A DNA stretch of 50,814 nucleotides. Source: an uncultured Coriobacteriales bacterium. GTDB lineage: Bacteria; Actinomycetota; Coriobacteriia; WRKU01; JAENWW01. A model generated the notes under the pieces. The model had not been told where the DNA came from. It made no database searches and worked only from the letters and a program-made list of their open reading frames with translations. A program made the position numbers and the translations under genes. The stretch is taken from positions 1 to 50,814 of the forward strand of contig CALLZE010000194.1 of assembly GCA_937858655.1 (NCBI GenBank), given 5' to 3'. Shown one piece after another: positions 27,259 to 36,105 of the stretch (its first letter is position 1; every line of letters starts with the position of its first letter).

Positions 27259-28181
27259 TTTGATTCGCCTTCTCCGTGCGTTAATACTGATTCATACATG
27301 GCGCGCGCAACCTGTGCGGCGATAGTTTCATTATCCCAAAAATGAAATGTTTCATTCCAAATATTTTGTGCGGCTATTCCCTGTTCAACAAGCATACGCC
27401 GTCCATCGCACGCTGGCACACCCGAGAGGCGAGCTTCACGTACCAAACGGGTTGCGTGCTCTTTGCGATACACCGCATCAAACACAAAACCCTTAGCAGC
27501 CTTAAGCCATGCAGCCTCGGCAAACGCCGGATCATCATCGCGCAGGCCCAAGGGCGTTGCGTTTACGACAACGTCAAACTCTCCAACAGCGTTGTGTGTA
27601 GCGTCCTCGCAAGCACACAAGTTGACGCCCTTTGTTTGCGCAAATTCGTTCAATGAGGCAATAAAGTCTTGGGCACTCTGCAGATGGCGAGATGAAACAG
27701 TCACACTGCTTATGCGGGAATCGATGAGCGCATAAGCAATCGCGCGTGCCACGCCGCCCGTACCGACTACAAGCGCGGTTGAATGGTTTGAGAGCGCTGG
27801 CAAATCATGCGCGCCAAGTTCATGGGCAAGACTTTGCACGAATCCAATCGCATCCGTATTATCGCCCTTAAGCAGCCCATCACTCTGGCATGTTACGGTA
27901 TTTACGGCGCCAATGACGCGCGCAGCGGGCGACAAAATTTCACAGCGCTTAAAAGCTTCTTGTTTATAGGGAATCGTCACACAAAAGCCACCAACGCCCG
28001 CGCCCGCCTGTGAAGCAAACTCGTCGCACAATGCTAAAAATCCCTCAACATTGCGAGGGTCACGCGCTTCAAAGGTAGCGTTTGCCCGCGCCGCCTCAAA
28101 GGCGGCATTATGCATAAGCGGAGACAACGAATGGGTAATGGGGGTTCCTAACACAAAAAACTTGAGAGGCGCGTTCTTCAT
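27255..28181 (-). CDS. aroE: Shikimate dehydrogenase
   Basis: FVLGTPITHSLSPLMHNAAF, TIPYK, GDNTD and VVGTGGVARA (Rossmann). I place the start at MKNAPLK (28181), immediately after the upstream stop at 28183-28185. The track ORF extends to 28229. Confidence 0.92.
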   Translation of the reverse strand: MKNAPLKFFVLGTPITHSLSPLMHNAAFEAARANATFEARDPRNVEGFLALCDEFASQAGAGVGGFCVTIPYKQEAFKRCEILSPAARVIGAVNTVTCQSDGLLKGDNTDAIGFVQSLAHELGAHDLPALSNHSTALVVGTGGVARAIAYALIDSRISSVTVSSRHLQSAQDFIASLNEFAQTKGVNLCACEDATHNAVGEFDVVVNATPLGLRDDDPAFAEAAWLKAAKGFVFDAVYRKEHATRLVREARLSGVPACDGRRMLVEQGIAAQNIWNETFHFWDNETIAAQVARAMYESVLTHGEGESK

Positions 28182-28182
28182 C

Positions 28183-28677
28183 CTACATCGACTCTTGTGG
28201 CATGCGATCGCGAATAATAAGTTTCTCAACTTTCCGCAGCATCAATGTGTGCTTAAGATCTTGCTTCGAGAGAGGAAGCACCATAATTGTGGTCATCCCC
28301 ATCAAGGTACCGCCGAGCACATCGGTAAAGAGTTGATCACCGATCATAACGGTATTTTTTGCCTTCGCCTTAAGTTTATGCAGTGCCATCAAATATGCGG
28401 GAGGAAACGGTTTAACCGCCTTTGACACAAGTTCAAAGTCTAAATCTCCCGCAACATCCACAATGCGACCATGCCAATTATTTGACAAAAGGCAAACTTT
28501 GAAGCCCTTGGCCCTAATCAGATGAGCCCATTCTTTGAACTCTGAGGGTATTTCATCACGGTCACGTGGCAACAACGTGTTGTCGAGGTCAAGCAAGATG
28601 TTTTTGATACCCTGAGACCACAGAGCATCAAGGTCAATTGAGAGTACTGAGTTGAGATAGTAGTCCGGAAAAGCCAT
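28183..28677 (-). CDS. YqeG-family HAD-IIIA phosphatase
   Basis: ILLDLDNTLL (DxDxT nucleophile motif), LLSNN, and GDQLFTDVLGG (HAD motif IV). The size (164 aa) and the position before aroE match Bacillus yqeG. Confidence 0.8.
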   Translation of the reverse strand: MAFPDYYLNSVLSIDLDALWSQGIKNILLDLDNTLLPRDRDEIPSEFKEWAHLIRAKGFKVCLLSNNWHGRIVDVAGDLDFELVSKAVKPFPPAYLMALHKLKAKAKNTVMIGDQLFTDVLGGTLMGMTTIMVLPLSKQDLKHTLMLRKVEKLIIRDRMPQESM

Positions 28678-28678
28678 G

Positions 28679-29764
28679 CTATCTTCCTATCGTTGCTTTT
28701 GCGCGCGCTTTAGTGTTGTTAAAAGCGGCCGCAGTTTTATCGAATTTGGTTGTTCCCTTTTTATCGATCACTTGGAAGTACAGATAATCCGAAGTCGCTG
28801 GTTTTATAGCAGCCTCAAGTGCCGCTTTTCCAGGATTTGCGATGGGACCGGGAGGAAGACCCTGGTTCTTATAAGTGTTGTAGGGACTGTCGATACTGAT
28901 ATCAGCATTAGTCAATCGAATCTTCGTGCGCTCTTCTTCGCCAGGGAGTAAAAACTGTACTGAAGAACAAAATTGAAGGCGCATACCTTGCGCAAGACGA
29001 TTATCGATAACGCTCGCGACGAGGGGGCGGTCCGATGCTTTAGACACCTCACGCTCAACAAGCGATGCGATGGTAACCAATTGATTAGTGTTATATTTTT
29101 GCGCGCGCGCAGCTGGGATGGTGAGTGATGAATAGACCTCGTTGAAACGACCGACCATCATCGCGGCAACTTCCTTCACCGTAGCATTCGCTGCAACGCG
29201 ATACGTATCGGGAAACAGATAGCCCTCAAGAGAATTGTTATATGCTCCCTGAAGGACCGGATATTTCTTCGCAAATTCTGGTGCCGCCGATTGTGCATAT
29301 GCAACAAATTCGTCAGCACTAATGCCCGCTTTTTTCTCGAGAATTTGCCCAATCTGAGCGACGGTCTTTCCCTCGGGAATGGTAACGGTCACATAGACCG
29401 CCTCGGGGCCCTTTTTTAAGACATCCATGACTTTGCCCAGAGACTCACCCGCAGTCAACTTGTACACACCCGCTTTATACTGGCCATCAGAGCCATTCAA
29501 GCGTGACTGAAGGCGAAACATCAAAGGACTTCCTATGATGCCCGCATCAGAAAGCGATTGGGCGATATCAGACGTTCCTGAACCCTCTTTGATCTCAACA
29601 GTGACAGCTTGGCCCTTAGTTACTTTCGACGAAGATGCCGAGCCAAACATCGCCCACATAAATCCAAGCGCAATAATCAGACAAAGGGCAACAGCAATGC
29701 CAATAGCAGCCTTGAGTCCCTTGTTGCCTTTTTGACTATGACGAGATTGCATCTTTTCTCCCAA
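28679..29764 (-). CDS. mltG: Endolytic murein transglycosylase MltG (YceG-like)
   Basis: An N-terminal TM anchor, a LysM-like segment, and the catalytic block LVTIASLVEREV...SPYNTYKNQGLPPGPIANPG. Confidence 0.93.
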   Translation of the reverse strand: MGEKMQSRHSQKGNKGLKAAIGIAVALCLIIALGFMWAMFGSASSSKVTKGQAVTVEIKEGSGTSDIAQSLSDAGIIGSPLMFRLQSRLNGSDGQYKAGVYKLTAGESLGKVMDVLKKGPEAVYVTVTIPEGKTVAQIGQILEKKAGISADEFVAYAQSAAPEFAKKYPVLQGAYNNSLEGYLFPDTYRVAANATVKEVAAMMVGRFNEVYSSLTIPAARAQKYNTNQLVTIASLVEREVSKASDRPLVASVIDNRLAQGMRLQFCSSVQFLLPGEEERTKIRLTNADISIDSPYNTYKNQGLPPGPIANPGKAALEAAIKPATSDYLYFQVIDKKGTTKFDKTAAAFNNTKARAKATIGR

Positions 29765-29766
29765 CT

Positions 29767-30213
29767 CTATGCATTGTGCGCATCGAGATAGCTCTGCAAA
29801 AAGAGCGCGGCCGCAATCTTATCGACCTTGCCCCTCATTTCACGTTCACTTAGTTCATGCTCCGCAAGCGCTTGCTTTGCCGCAACACTTGAGAGACGCT
29901 CATCATAGAAGGTAACGCGCTCTTCCTCAAGACACGCGTCATCGTCTGCAGAATAATTACACGCTTTAAAAATTTTTGCAGCGAGGGCGCGAACGTGACG
30001 CGCCTGCGATCCCTCTTCCCCACTGAGCGAAAGCGGGAGCCCCACCACAAAATGCTCGATTTCATAATCATCAATAAACTGACGAAGTTTTGTTCCACTC
30101 GAGATAAGTTCGCGCGTCTCAAATACGGCAAAAGGTGTCGCGATACGACCTCGAGCGTCTGCAAGAGCAACGCCCGTACGCGTATCACCAATATCGAGCG
30201 CAGCGATTCTCAC
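29767..30213 (-). CDS. ruvX: Holliday junction resolvase-like / pre-16S rRNA nuclease RuvX (YqgF)
   Basis: MRIAALDIGDTRTGVALAD ... VVGLPLSLSGEEG ... DERLSS is the YqgF pattern. It lies directly after alaS, as in most bacteria. Confidence 0.93.
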   Translation of the reverse strand: MRIAALDIGDTRTGVALADARGRIATPFAVFETRELISSGTKLRQFIDDYEIEHFVVGLPLSLSGEEGSQARHVRALAAKIFKACNYSADDDACLEEERVTFYDERLSSVAAKQALAEHELSEREMRGKVDKIAAALFLQSYLDAHNA

Positions 30214-30218
30214 GACTG

Positions 30219-32858
30219 TTACAGCCCCAACTCGCCTTTGGCGTAGCTCAACGCTTCATCAAGTTTTGAAGCGTCTGCCGCTCCACCCTGAGCCATTGTA
30301 GGCTTTCCGCCACCACGGCCTCCCAAGATTTCAGCAACACCTTTAACGAGTGCGCCGGCGTTAAATCCACGCGCTACCGCCGCGTCATTTGCCGCAGCAA
30401 TAAAGATTGGCTTGCCCGTTTCGGCATCTGCACCCATGAGAACAAACGCATCGATGCCGCGAGAACGAACAACGTCCCACGCTGGCTTTAATTCTGCTGC
30501 TCGCATACCCTCAACTTTTTCAACAACAACCTTGTATTCATTGATTACAGAAGCATGCTCTGCGAGACCCGCAAGATTGTCGGATGCTGCTGCGTCCTTG
30601 GCCTTTTTGGCAAGAGACTCTGCTTCTTTCGCTTTTTTGAGTGTTGACGATACTCTTTCCGAAACATCATGCCAAGACACTTTCAATTCTTGAGCGGTTT
30701 CGAAAAGTTCACGCTGATGCTCAAGCGTCAATGCATAAGCGTCAAAACTCGTGACCGCTTCAATACGACGAACATTCGCACCTACCGAAGATTCACTCGC
30801 AATCTTAAAGAAACCGATTTCAGAGGTAGCGCCAACATGCGTGCCTCCGCAGAGTTCCTTGCTAAAATTACCCGCTTCAAGCACACGCACAAAATCGCCG
30901 TACTTCTCACCAAAGAGCGCAGTGACGCCACTCTCACGAGCTGTCTCAAGCGATGTTTCGTAGTTGCGCACAGGATGATTCTCGAAAATCTTTGCATTGA
31001 CGAGGCGCTCAATCTTATCAAGTTGCTCACGCGTGAGGCCCTCGAAATGCGTAAAGTCAAAACGTAAACGCTCAGGAGAAACGTGGCTACCAGCCTGCGA
31101 AGCGTGAGAGCCAATCACTTTATGAAGCGCCCAGTGCAGCAAATGGGTGGCCGTGTGATTACGACGAATACGCTCACGACGAAGAACATCAATGCGAGCG
31201 CATACGCTATCGCCTACGGTAATAGTGCCTTCTTCAACAACTGCTTTATGTGAACGCAAAATCTTTTCTTGTACGTTTGTATCTTCAACCTTGAGCGCAG
31301 CGCGCGTAGTACCATCTTCAGGGTTTGAAACCGTAAGAGTGCCCGTATCGCCAACCTGTCCACCCTGCTCACCGTAGAACGGTGTTTTGTCGAGCACTAC
31401 TTCAACATGCTCGCCAGCAGTAGCGGTCTCCACGGCAATGCCGTCTTTCACCAGCGCAATAACACGTCCGGTATCTTCATCATGGTCATAGCCCGAAAAA
31501 TACGTCGGACCATACTCTTTTGCAAGGTCAGCATATACGCCGCCATAGGTGTTCCACACGTCGTCCTTGACGTGTGAGCGCGCGCGATTCTTCTGCTTAT
31601 CCATCTCGGTGAGATACTGTCCCTCATCAACCGCAATACCCTGCTCACCAGCAATTTCTACCGTGAGGTCATAGGGGAATCCATAGGTGTCATGAAGCGT
31701 AAACGCCGTAACTCCGCTCAGGGTGTCGCCTTCTTTCATCCCGTCAAGCGCTTCTTCGAGGTAAGCAAGTCCCGTGCGCAGGGTTGCCCCGAAGCGCTCT
31801 TCTTCGGCACCGATAATGCCCTCAATAAGGTCATGATGAGTGACGATTTCAGGATATGCCTGTCCCATGAGTTCGACGACTTTATTAGACATGCGCACCA
31901 TGAAGGGCTCTTCAACGCCGAGCAAGCGACCATAACGTACGGCTCGTCGAAGCAGACGGCGCAACACATAACCGCGTCCCTCGTTGGAAGGCAAAATACC
32001 ATCGGCAATCATAAAGGTCACTGAACGCGCATGGTCCGCGATAATGCGCAGCGCTACGTCAGTCGAACCGTCTTCACGATATTTCTTGCCGGTGATTTCT
32101 TCGCTCAGTCTTATGAGGTCCTGCATGAGGTCGGTATCATAGTTCGAGTCACCGCCTTGCAATATTGCCGCAATGCGCTCAAGACCCATACCCGTATCGA
32201 TATTTCTGCGAGGAAGCGGCGTGAGGTTGCCCTCCTCGTCGCGGTTGTACTGCATAAACACGAGGTTCCAAAACTCAAGATAACGGTCGCAGTCACAACC
32301 TACCGCACAGGTATCTTTTCCGCAGGAGTACTCTGGACCCTTGTCGTAGTGAAGCTCTGAACAAGGACCACACGGTCCCGTTGGCCCAGCGGCCCAGAAG
32401 TTGTCTTCGTCGCCAAGACGCACAATGCGCTCAGCAGGAATCTCGGTTTCTTCAAGCCAAAGGTCATAGGCCTCATCGTCATCTTTGTAAACAGAAACCC
32501 AGATGCGCTCGGGGTCAAGACCGAGCACCTTAGTTGAGTACTCCCAAGACCACGCGATTGCTTCACGTTTAAAATAATCTCCGAAACTAAAATTTCCCAG
32601 CATTTCAAAGAATGAAAGGTGACGGCCCGTGGTACCAATGATGTCAATATCGGTGGTTCGCACGCATTTCTGAACGGTCGTTGCGCGGGTAAAAGGAAGT
32701 TTCTTTACACCCAAAAATACTGGCTTGAACTGCACCATACCGGCGGCAGTCAACAACAGCGAAGGGTCTTCAGGGATAAGCGACGAACTTGGACGACGCG
32801 TGCAACCCTTTTCTTCAAAGAAACTTAAAAAGCTTTCGCGAATTTCTGCGGTCTTCAT
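30219..32858 (-). CDS. alaS: Alanine--tRNA ligase
   Basis: EIRESFLSFFEEKGCTRRPSSSLIP and FEMLGNFSFGDYFK, the editing domain HxxxH (HTATHLLH) with CGGTHV, and a C-terminal DHHA1 (GGGGKPTMAQGG). Length is 879 aa. Confidence 0.98.
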   Translation of the reverse strand: MKTAEIRESFLSFFEEKGCTRRPSSSLIPEDPSLLLTAAGMVQFKPVFLGVKKLPFTRATTVQKCVRTTDIDIIGTTGRHLSFFEMLGNFSFGDYFKREAIAWSWEYSTKVLGLDPERIWVSVYKDDDEAYDLWLEETEIPAERIVRLGDEDNFWAAGPTGPCGPCSELHYDKGPEYSCGKDTCAVGCDCDRYLEFWNLVFMQYNRDEEGNLTPLPRRNIDTGMGLERIAAILQGGDSNYDTDLMQDLIRLSEEITGKKYREDGSTDVALRIIADHARSVTFMIADGILPSNEGRGYVLRRLLRRAVRYGRLLGVEEPFMVRMSNKVVELMGQAYPEIVTHHDLIEGIIGAEEERFGATLRTGLAYLEEALDGMKEGDTLSGVTAFTLHDTYGFPYDLTVEIAGEQGIAVDEGQYLTEMDKQKNRARSHVKDDVWNTYGGVYADLAKEYGPTYFSGYDHDEDTGRVIALVKDGIAVETATAGEHVEVVLDKTPFYGEQGGQVGDTGTLTVSNPEDGTTRAALKVEDTNVQEKILRSHKAVVEEGTITVGDSVCARIDVLRRERIRRNHTATHLLHWALHKVIGSHASQAGSHVSPERLRFDFTHFEGLTREQLDKIERLVNAKIFENHPVRNYETSLETARESGVTALFGEKYGDFVRVLEAGNFSKELCGGTHVGATSEIGFFKIASESSVGANVRRIEAVTSFDAYALTLEHQRELFETAQELKVSWHDVSERVSSTLKKAKEAESLAKKAKDAAASDNLAGLAEHASVINEYKVVVEKVEGMRAAELKPAWDVVRSRGIDAFVLMGADAETGKPIFIAAANDAAVARGFNAGALVKGVAEILGGRGGGKPTMAQGGAADASKLDEALSYAKGELGL

Positions 32859-32892
32859 TACCTATGCGCTCCTTAACAACGACAAAACACAA

Positions 32893-32924
32893 GTGTAGAG
32901 CTCACTTTGGGCTCTACACTTTTT
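32893..32924. terminator. 9-bp perfect hairpin between the sigma-factor operon and alaS (terminator and/or alaS leader/operator element)
   Basis: GTGTAGAGC (32893-32901) - 9 nt - GCTCTACAC (32911-32919). TTTTT follows on the plus strand. TTGTGTTTTG follows on the minus strand, which is the strand of both neighbouring genes. It lies 85 nt after the sigma gene stop and 35 nt before the alaS ATG. Confidence 0.5.
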
Positions 32925-33008
32925 ATACAGTGATAGGTTAAAGAATACCACGAAAGACCGCGAATACCTACGCTCGGGCACCCATGAAAAAGTCAAAAAT
33001 AGACAACT

Positions 33009-33791
33009 CTATGAATTTGATAAATGCGAACGCATTGAGTCGAGCGATCTTCGTAAAATACGCGAGACCTGCATTTGAGAAATTCCTAAGGATCGCGCAA
33101 TATCTGTCTGAGAACACTCTTCGAAAAATCTGAGCCGAATGATAGTACGCGCGGTTTCATCAAGTTGAGACAACGCGTCTTCGAGGAGCTCGCGATCCTC
33201 GATATGATAAATCTCTAAATCATCTTTGCCGTAGTAATCAAGTATCGATAGTGCATCATCCGTTCCACACGTATCAACAGAATCATAACTCGTGGTTGCG
33301 TAAGCCTCGCTTGCTTCAAGTGCGTCAATAACCTCATCTTCAGAAACGCCGAGGTGCTGCGCGATAACGCCAATCGTTGGCACTTCCTGATTCTTTACCG
33401 AGAGAAACTCGATGGCCTTATTGACCTGAGCCGAAAGCTCTTGCATACGCCGCGGCACCTTAATGGCCCATCCTCGGTCGCGAAAATGTCGTTTAATTTC
33501 TCCCATAATTGTCGGGGTCGCATAGGTGGTGAATTCAAGATTGCGGTCAAGATCAAAACGCTCAATAGCCTTGAGGAGTCCTATCATGCCAACTTGTACC
33601 AAATCATCAAACGGTTCACCGCGGTTGCGAAATTTCGAAGCAAGATAACGGACAAGATTTGAATATGTTTCAGCAAGTTCATCGCGTGCGGCAAGGTCAT
33701 GATTCTCATGATAGCGAGCGAAAAGCTCGGCTGTTCTTTTTTTATCCCAATTAAGCCCTTTTGAGGACTTTGATCTGCAACGATTATGCAC
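33009..33791 (-). CDS. SigB/SigF/SigG-type (group 3) RNA polymerase sigma factor
   Basis: Region 2: FDDLVQVGMIGLLKAIERFDLDRNLEFTTYATPTIMGEIKRHFRDRGWAIKVPRRMQEL. Regions 3 and 4: EECSQTDIARSLGISQMQVSRILRRSL. Confidence 0.9.
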   Translation of the reverse strand: MHNRCRSKSSKGLNWDKKRTAELFARYHENHDLAARDELAETYSNLVRYLASKFRNRGEPFDDLVQVGMIGLLKAIERFDLDRNLEFTTYATPTIMGEIKRHFRDRGWAIKVPRRMQELSAQVNKAIEFLSVKNQEVPTIGVIAQHLGVSEDEVIDALEASEAYATTSYDSVDTCGTDDALSILDYYGKDDLEIYHIEDRELLEDALSQLDETARTIIRLRFFEECSQTDIARSLGISQMQVSRILRRSLDSMRSHLSNS

Positions 33792-33819
33792 GGTTTCACG
33801 CTGCTTTCATAACGTATCC

Positions 33820-34203
33820 CTATGACCCCTGCATATGAAGGCTATGGCGAATCGTCAAAGCCCAGATATCCCCCGCCTCGATAGTGCATTCATCACAAAA
33901 GGACTCTAAGATGACAGCGTTGAGCTCTTTATTAAATTCTTCTGGATTGTAATCACAGGATTCGCTTGCACGAGCGTGAGTAATAAGCTCATCGTCGGTA
34001 ACCGTAAATTCAAACGATAAAAAACCGTTTTCACGACAATGCGCATAGCCCTGGACGAACACTTCTTCGATGGCATGATGGACATTATCAACGATAAAAA
34101 CATTGGCGCCCGCGCTCGTAGCGACTGACTTCGCCGTCATTCGAGCAACAAGGGCATACCTCTTTTTTGCGGGAACACGAAGGGTTATAGTGTCGCCCAT
34201 CAC
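33820..34203 (-). CDS. RsbW/SpoIIAB-like anti-sigma factor with degenerate ATP-binding boxes (putative pseudokinase)
   Basis: By eye it aligns to B. subtilis RsbW: ITLRVPAKKRYALVARMTAKSVATSAG....HAIEEVFVQGYAH vs IEMKVPAQPEYVGIIRLTLSGVASRMG....VSEACTNAVQHAY, and AVILESFCDECTIE vs LYLMETLMDEVRVQ. The N-box Asn, the DxGxG box and the GxGL box are not conserved. It lies immediately upstream of the sigma gene. Confidence 0.5.
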   Translation of the reverse strand: MMGDTITLRVPAKKRYALVARMTAKSVATSAGANVFIVDNVHHAIEEVFVQGYAHCRENGFLSFEFTVTDDELITHARASESCDYNPEEFNKELNAVILESFCDECTIEAGDIWALTIRHSLHMQGS

Positions 34204-34213
34204 GTTTTCTCCT

Positions 34214-34732
34214 CTAGTCTTTTACCTGAAAGTATGAAGTTTTTTTCTTTGACTTTGCGGATGCCGCAGTGGAAACATCCTCCCCTGCTGGTGCTGAGTT
34301 GGGCGCCTGAGCAGGAGCGCTCGCGGCTTTCTCCTCAAGTTGATGAGCCTTGTGGTCCGCTTTCTTCTGGCGCCACATTGAAAGAACGCGATCAGTAACG
34401 CCTGAGACAATTTCAACAGGGGCATTCACAAGGCCAGACACCGTGTCAGAAGCTTCCGCGACCCTCTCAGTTGTCTGTTCAAGGCTCGTGATAATGCCAT
34501 CGACACGAAGCATTTCGGCATTAACCGCGTCAATAGTCACTTCTGCCTTGTTGACAATAGGGAGAGCAGCATCGCGCAACTCGGCCATTGTCTTGGCTGC
34601 CTCGTTGGACGTTCTGCTCAGAGAATCTGTGAGTTCATTGACATGGCTTAAGGTACGAACAAGCGCAATGAGAACGATAACTCCCACAACAATCAGTAGT
34701 GCCAATAAAATTGTGATGAGATTTAATTCCAT
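34214..34732 (-). CDS. DUF948-like membrane-anchored coiled-coil protein
   Basis: An N-terminal TM helix (LITILLALLIVVGVIVLIALV) followed by helical repeats (LSHVNELTDSLSRTSNEAAKTMAELRDAALPIVNKAEVTIDAVNAE...). This is the architecture and composition I associate with DUF948/YtxH-type proteins. It ends 10 nt before the anti-sigma gene. Confidence 0.55.
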   Translation of the reverse strand: MELNLITILLALLIVVGVIVLIALVRTLSHVNELTDSLSRTSNEAAKTMAELRDAALPIVNKAEVTIDAVNAEMLRVDGIITSLEQTTERVAEASDTVSGLVNAPVEIVSGVTDRVLSMWRQKKADHKAHQLEEKAASAPAQAPNSAPAGEDVSTAASAKSKKKTSYFQVKD

Positions 34733-34771
34733 GATTTGCCTCCACGACCTCTATACCCAACAAAATGTCTA

Positions 34772-36088
34772 TTATTTACTTTTATACTTCTTATTATAGA
34801 TTTTTTCTTCAACACCTTGGCGTTTTGGCCGGTAAAACTCTGTTCCAAGCAAGTCATCGGGCAAGTATTGCTGCTGTACCCACCCTCCTTCGTAGTCATG
34901 AGGATAGAGATAATCACCATAAGCCTCAGAGCCAGGACGATGGCGGTCACGCAAGTGATTCGGTACACGATGAGCCTTGCCTTTTTTCACCTCGCGCAGC
35001 GCCTCGTTGATAGCCATATAGCAAGCGTTGCTCTTAGGAGCGCAAGCAAGGTATATAGCCGCGTGCGCAAGGTTTATGCGACATTCAGGCATACCAATCA
35101 CTTCGCACGCTTTAAAGGCCGCCTCCGCAACAAGAAGCGCATGAGGGTCGGCATTACCGATATCCTCTGATGCCAGAATAAACATACGGCGCGCGATAAA
35201 TTTCGGATCTTCCCCCCCGTCAAGCATATGAGCAAGCCAGTATACAGCCGCATCAGGATCGCTGCCACGCATCGACTTAATGAAAGCCGAGATTACATCA
35301 TAATGATTGTCGCCTTTTTTATCGTAGGGGATATTTTTCTGAGGGAGCACATCCTCCAAAATCGCTCGCGTAATGCGCGGCTTGGCTCCCTTTTTCTCAG
35401 GCCCCTTATGGAAAGCCACTTGCGCAGCCGATTCGAGTGTCGAGAGCGCTACGCGGGCGTCACCTCCCGCAAGTGAAACGAGCGCCTCAAGCGCATCTGG
35501 CTCAAGAGCATACTCATTCTTAAGCCCACGCTCTGAAGTGAGCGCTCGCGCGATAATCTCGCCAATTGCTTCATCGCTTAAATAGCCAAGTTCTACGACA
35601 CGTGAGCGGCTGACAAGCGGTGGGTTCACCTCGAAGTAGGGGTTTTCGGTGGTAGCGCCAATAAGAATCACCGTGCGATCTTCAACCGCATGCAATAGCG
35701 CATCCTGCTGAGATTTCGAAAAACGATGGATTTCATCAATAAAGAGAATGGTGCGCTGGCCCTGAATGCCTAAGCGAGTCTGCGCTTCCGCAATCGCTTT
35801 GCGCAAGTCAGCCACAGTGCCTGTCACGGCAGATACTTCATCAAAATAGGCATGTGTTGTTTGGGCAATTATGCGCGCGAGGCTTGTCTTTCCCGTGCCA
35901 GCGGGGCCGAAAAGAATGATTGAAGAGAGGGTGTCGCTGCTAATGGCATTGCGCAACCACGTACCTTCGCCAACGGCTGCTTCTTGTCCGCAGTATTCGT
36001 CAAGGGTTTGGGGGCGCATGCGAGCAGCAAGAGGAGCGACTTTCATCTTATTTTCATCGCTCATTGAGTCGAATAAAGAATTTTGCAA
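34772..36088 (-). CDS. rarA: Replication-associated recombination protein A (MgsA/RarA AAA+ ATPase)
   Basis: PLAARMRPQTLDEYCGQE, Walker A GPAGTGKTSLA, Walker B LFIDEIHRFSKSQQD, and the MgsA C-terminal block AAVYWLAHMLDGGEDPKFIARRM...SEDIGNADP. Confidence 0.95.
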   Translation of the reverse strand: MQNSLFDSMSDENKMKVAPLAARMRPQTLDEYCGQEAAVGEGTWLRNAISSDTLSSIILFGPAGTGKTSLARIIAQTTHAYFDEVSAVTGTVADLRKAIAEAQTRLGIQGQRTILFIDEIHRFSKSQQDALLHAVEDRTVILIGATTENPYFEVNPPLVSRSRVVELGYLSDEAIGEIIARALTSERGLKNEYALEPDALEALVSLAGGDARVALSTLESAAQVAFHKGPEKKGAKPRITRAILEDVLPQKNIPYDKKGDNHYDVISAFIKSMRGSDPDAAVYWLAHMLDGGEDPKFIARRMFILASEDIGNADPHALLVAEAAFKACEVIGMPECRINLAHAAIYLACAPKSNACYMAINEALREVKKGKAHRVPNHLRDRHRPGSEAYGDYLYPHDYEGGWVQQQYLPDDLLGTEFYRPKRQGVEEKIYNKKYKSK

Positions 36089-36105
36089 AACGCATCTCCG
36101 ATTCG

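Noticed and set aside
34736-35170. 144-aa plus-strand ORF
   Set aside because: It is antisense to the 3' part of rarA, whose frame carries the conserved MgsA C-terminal blocks.
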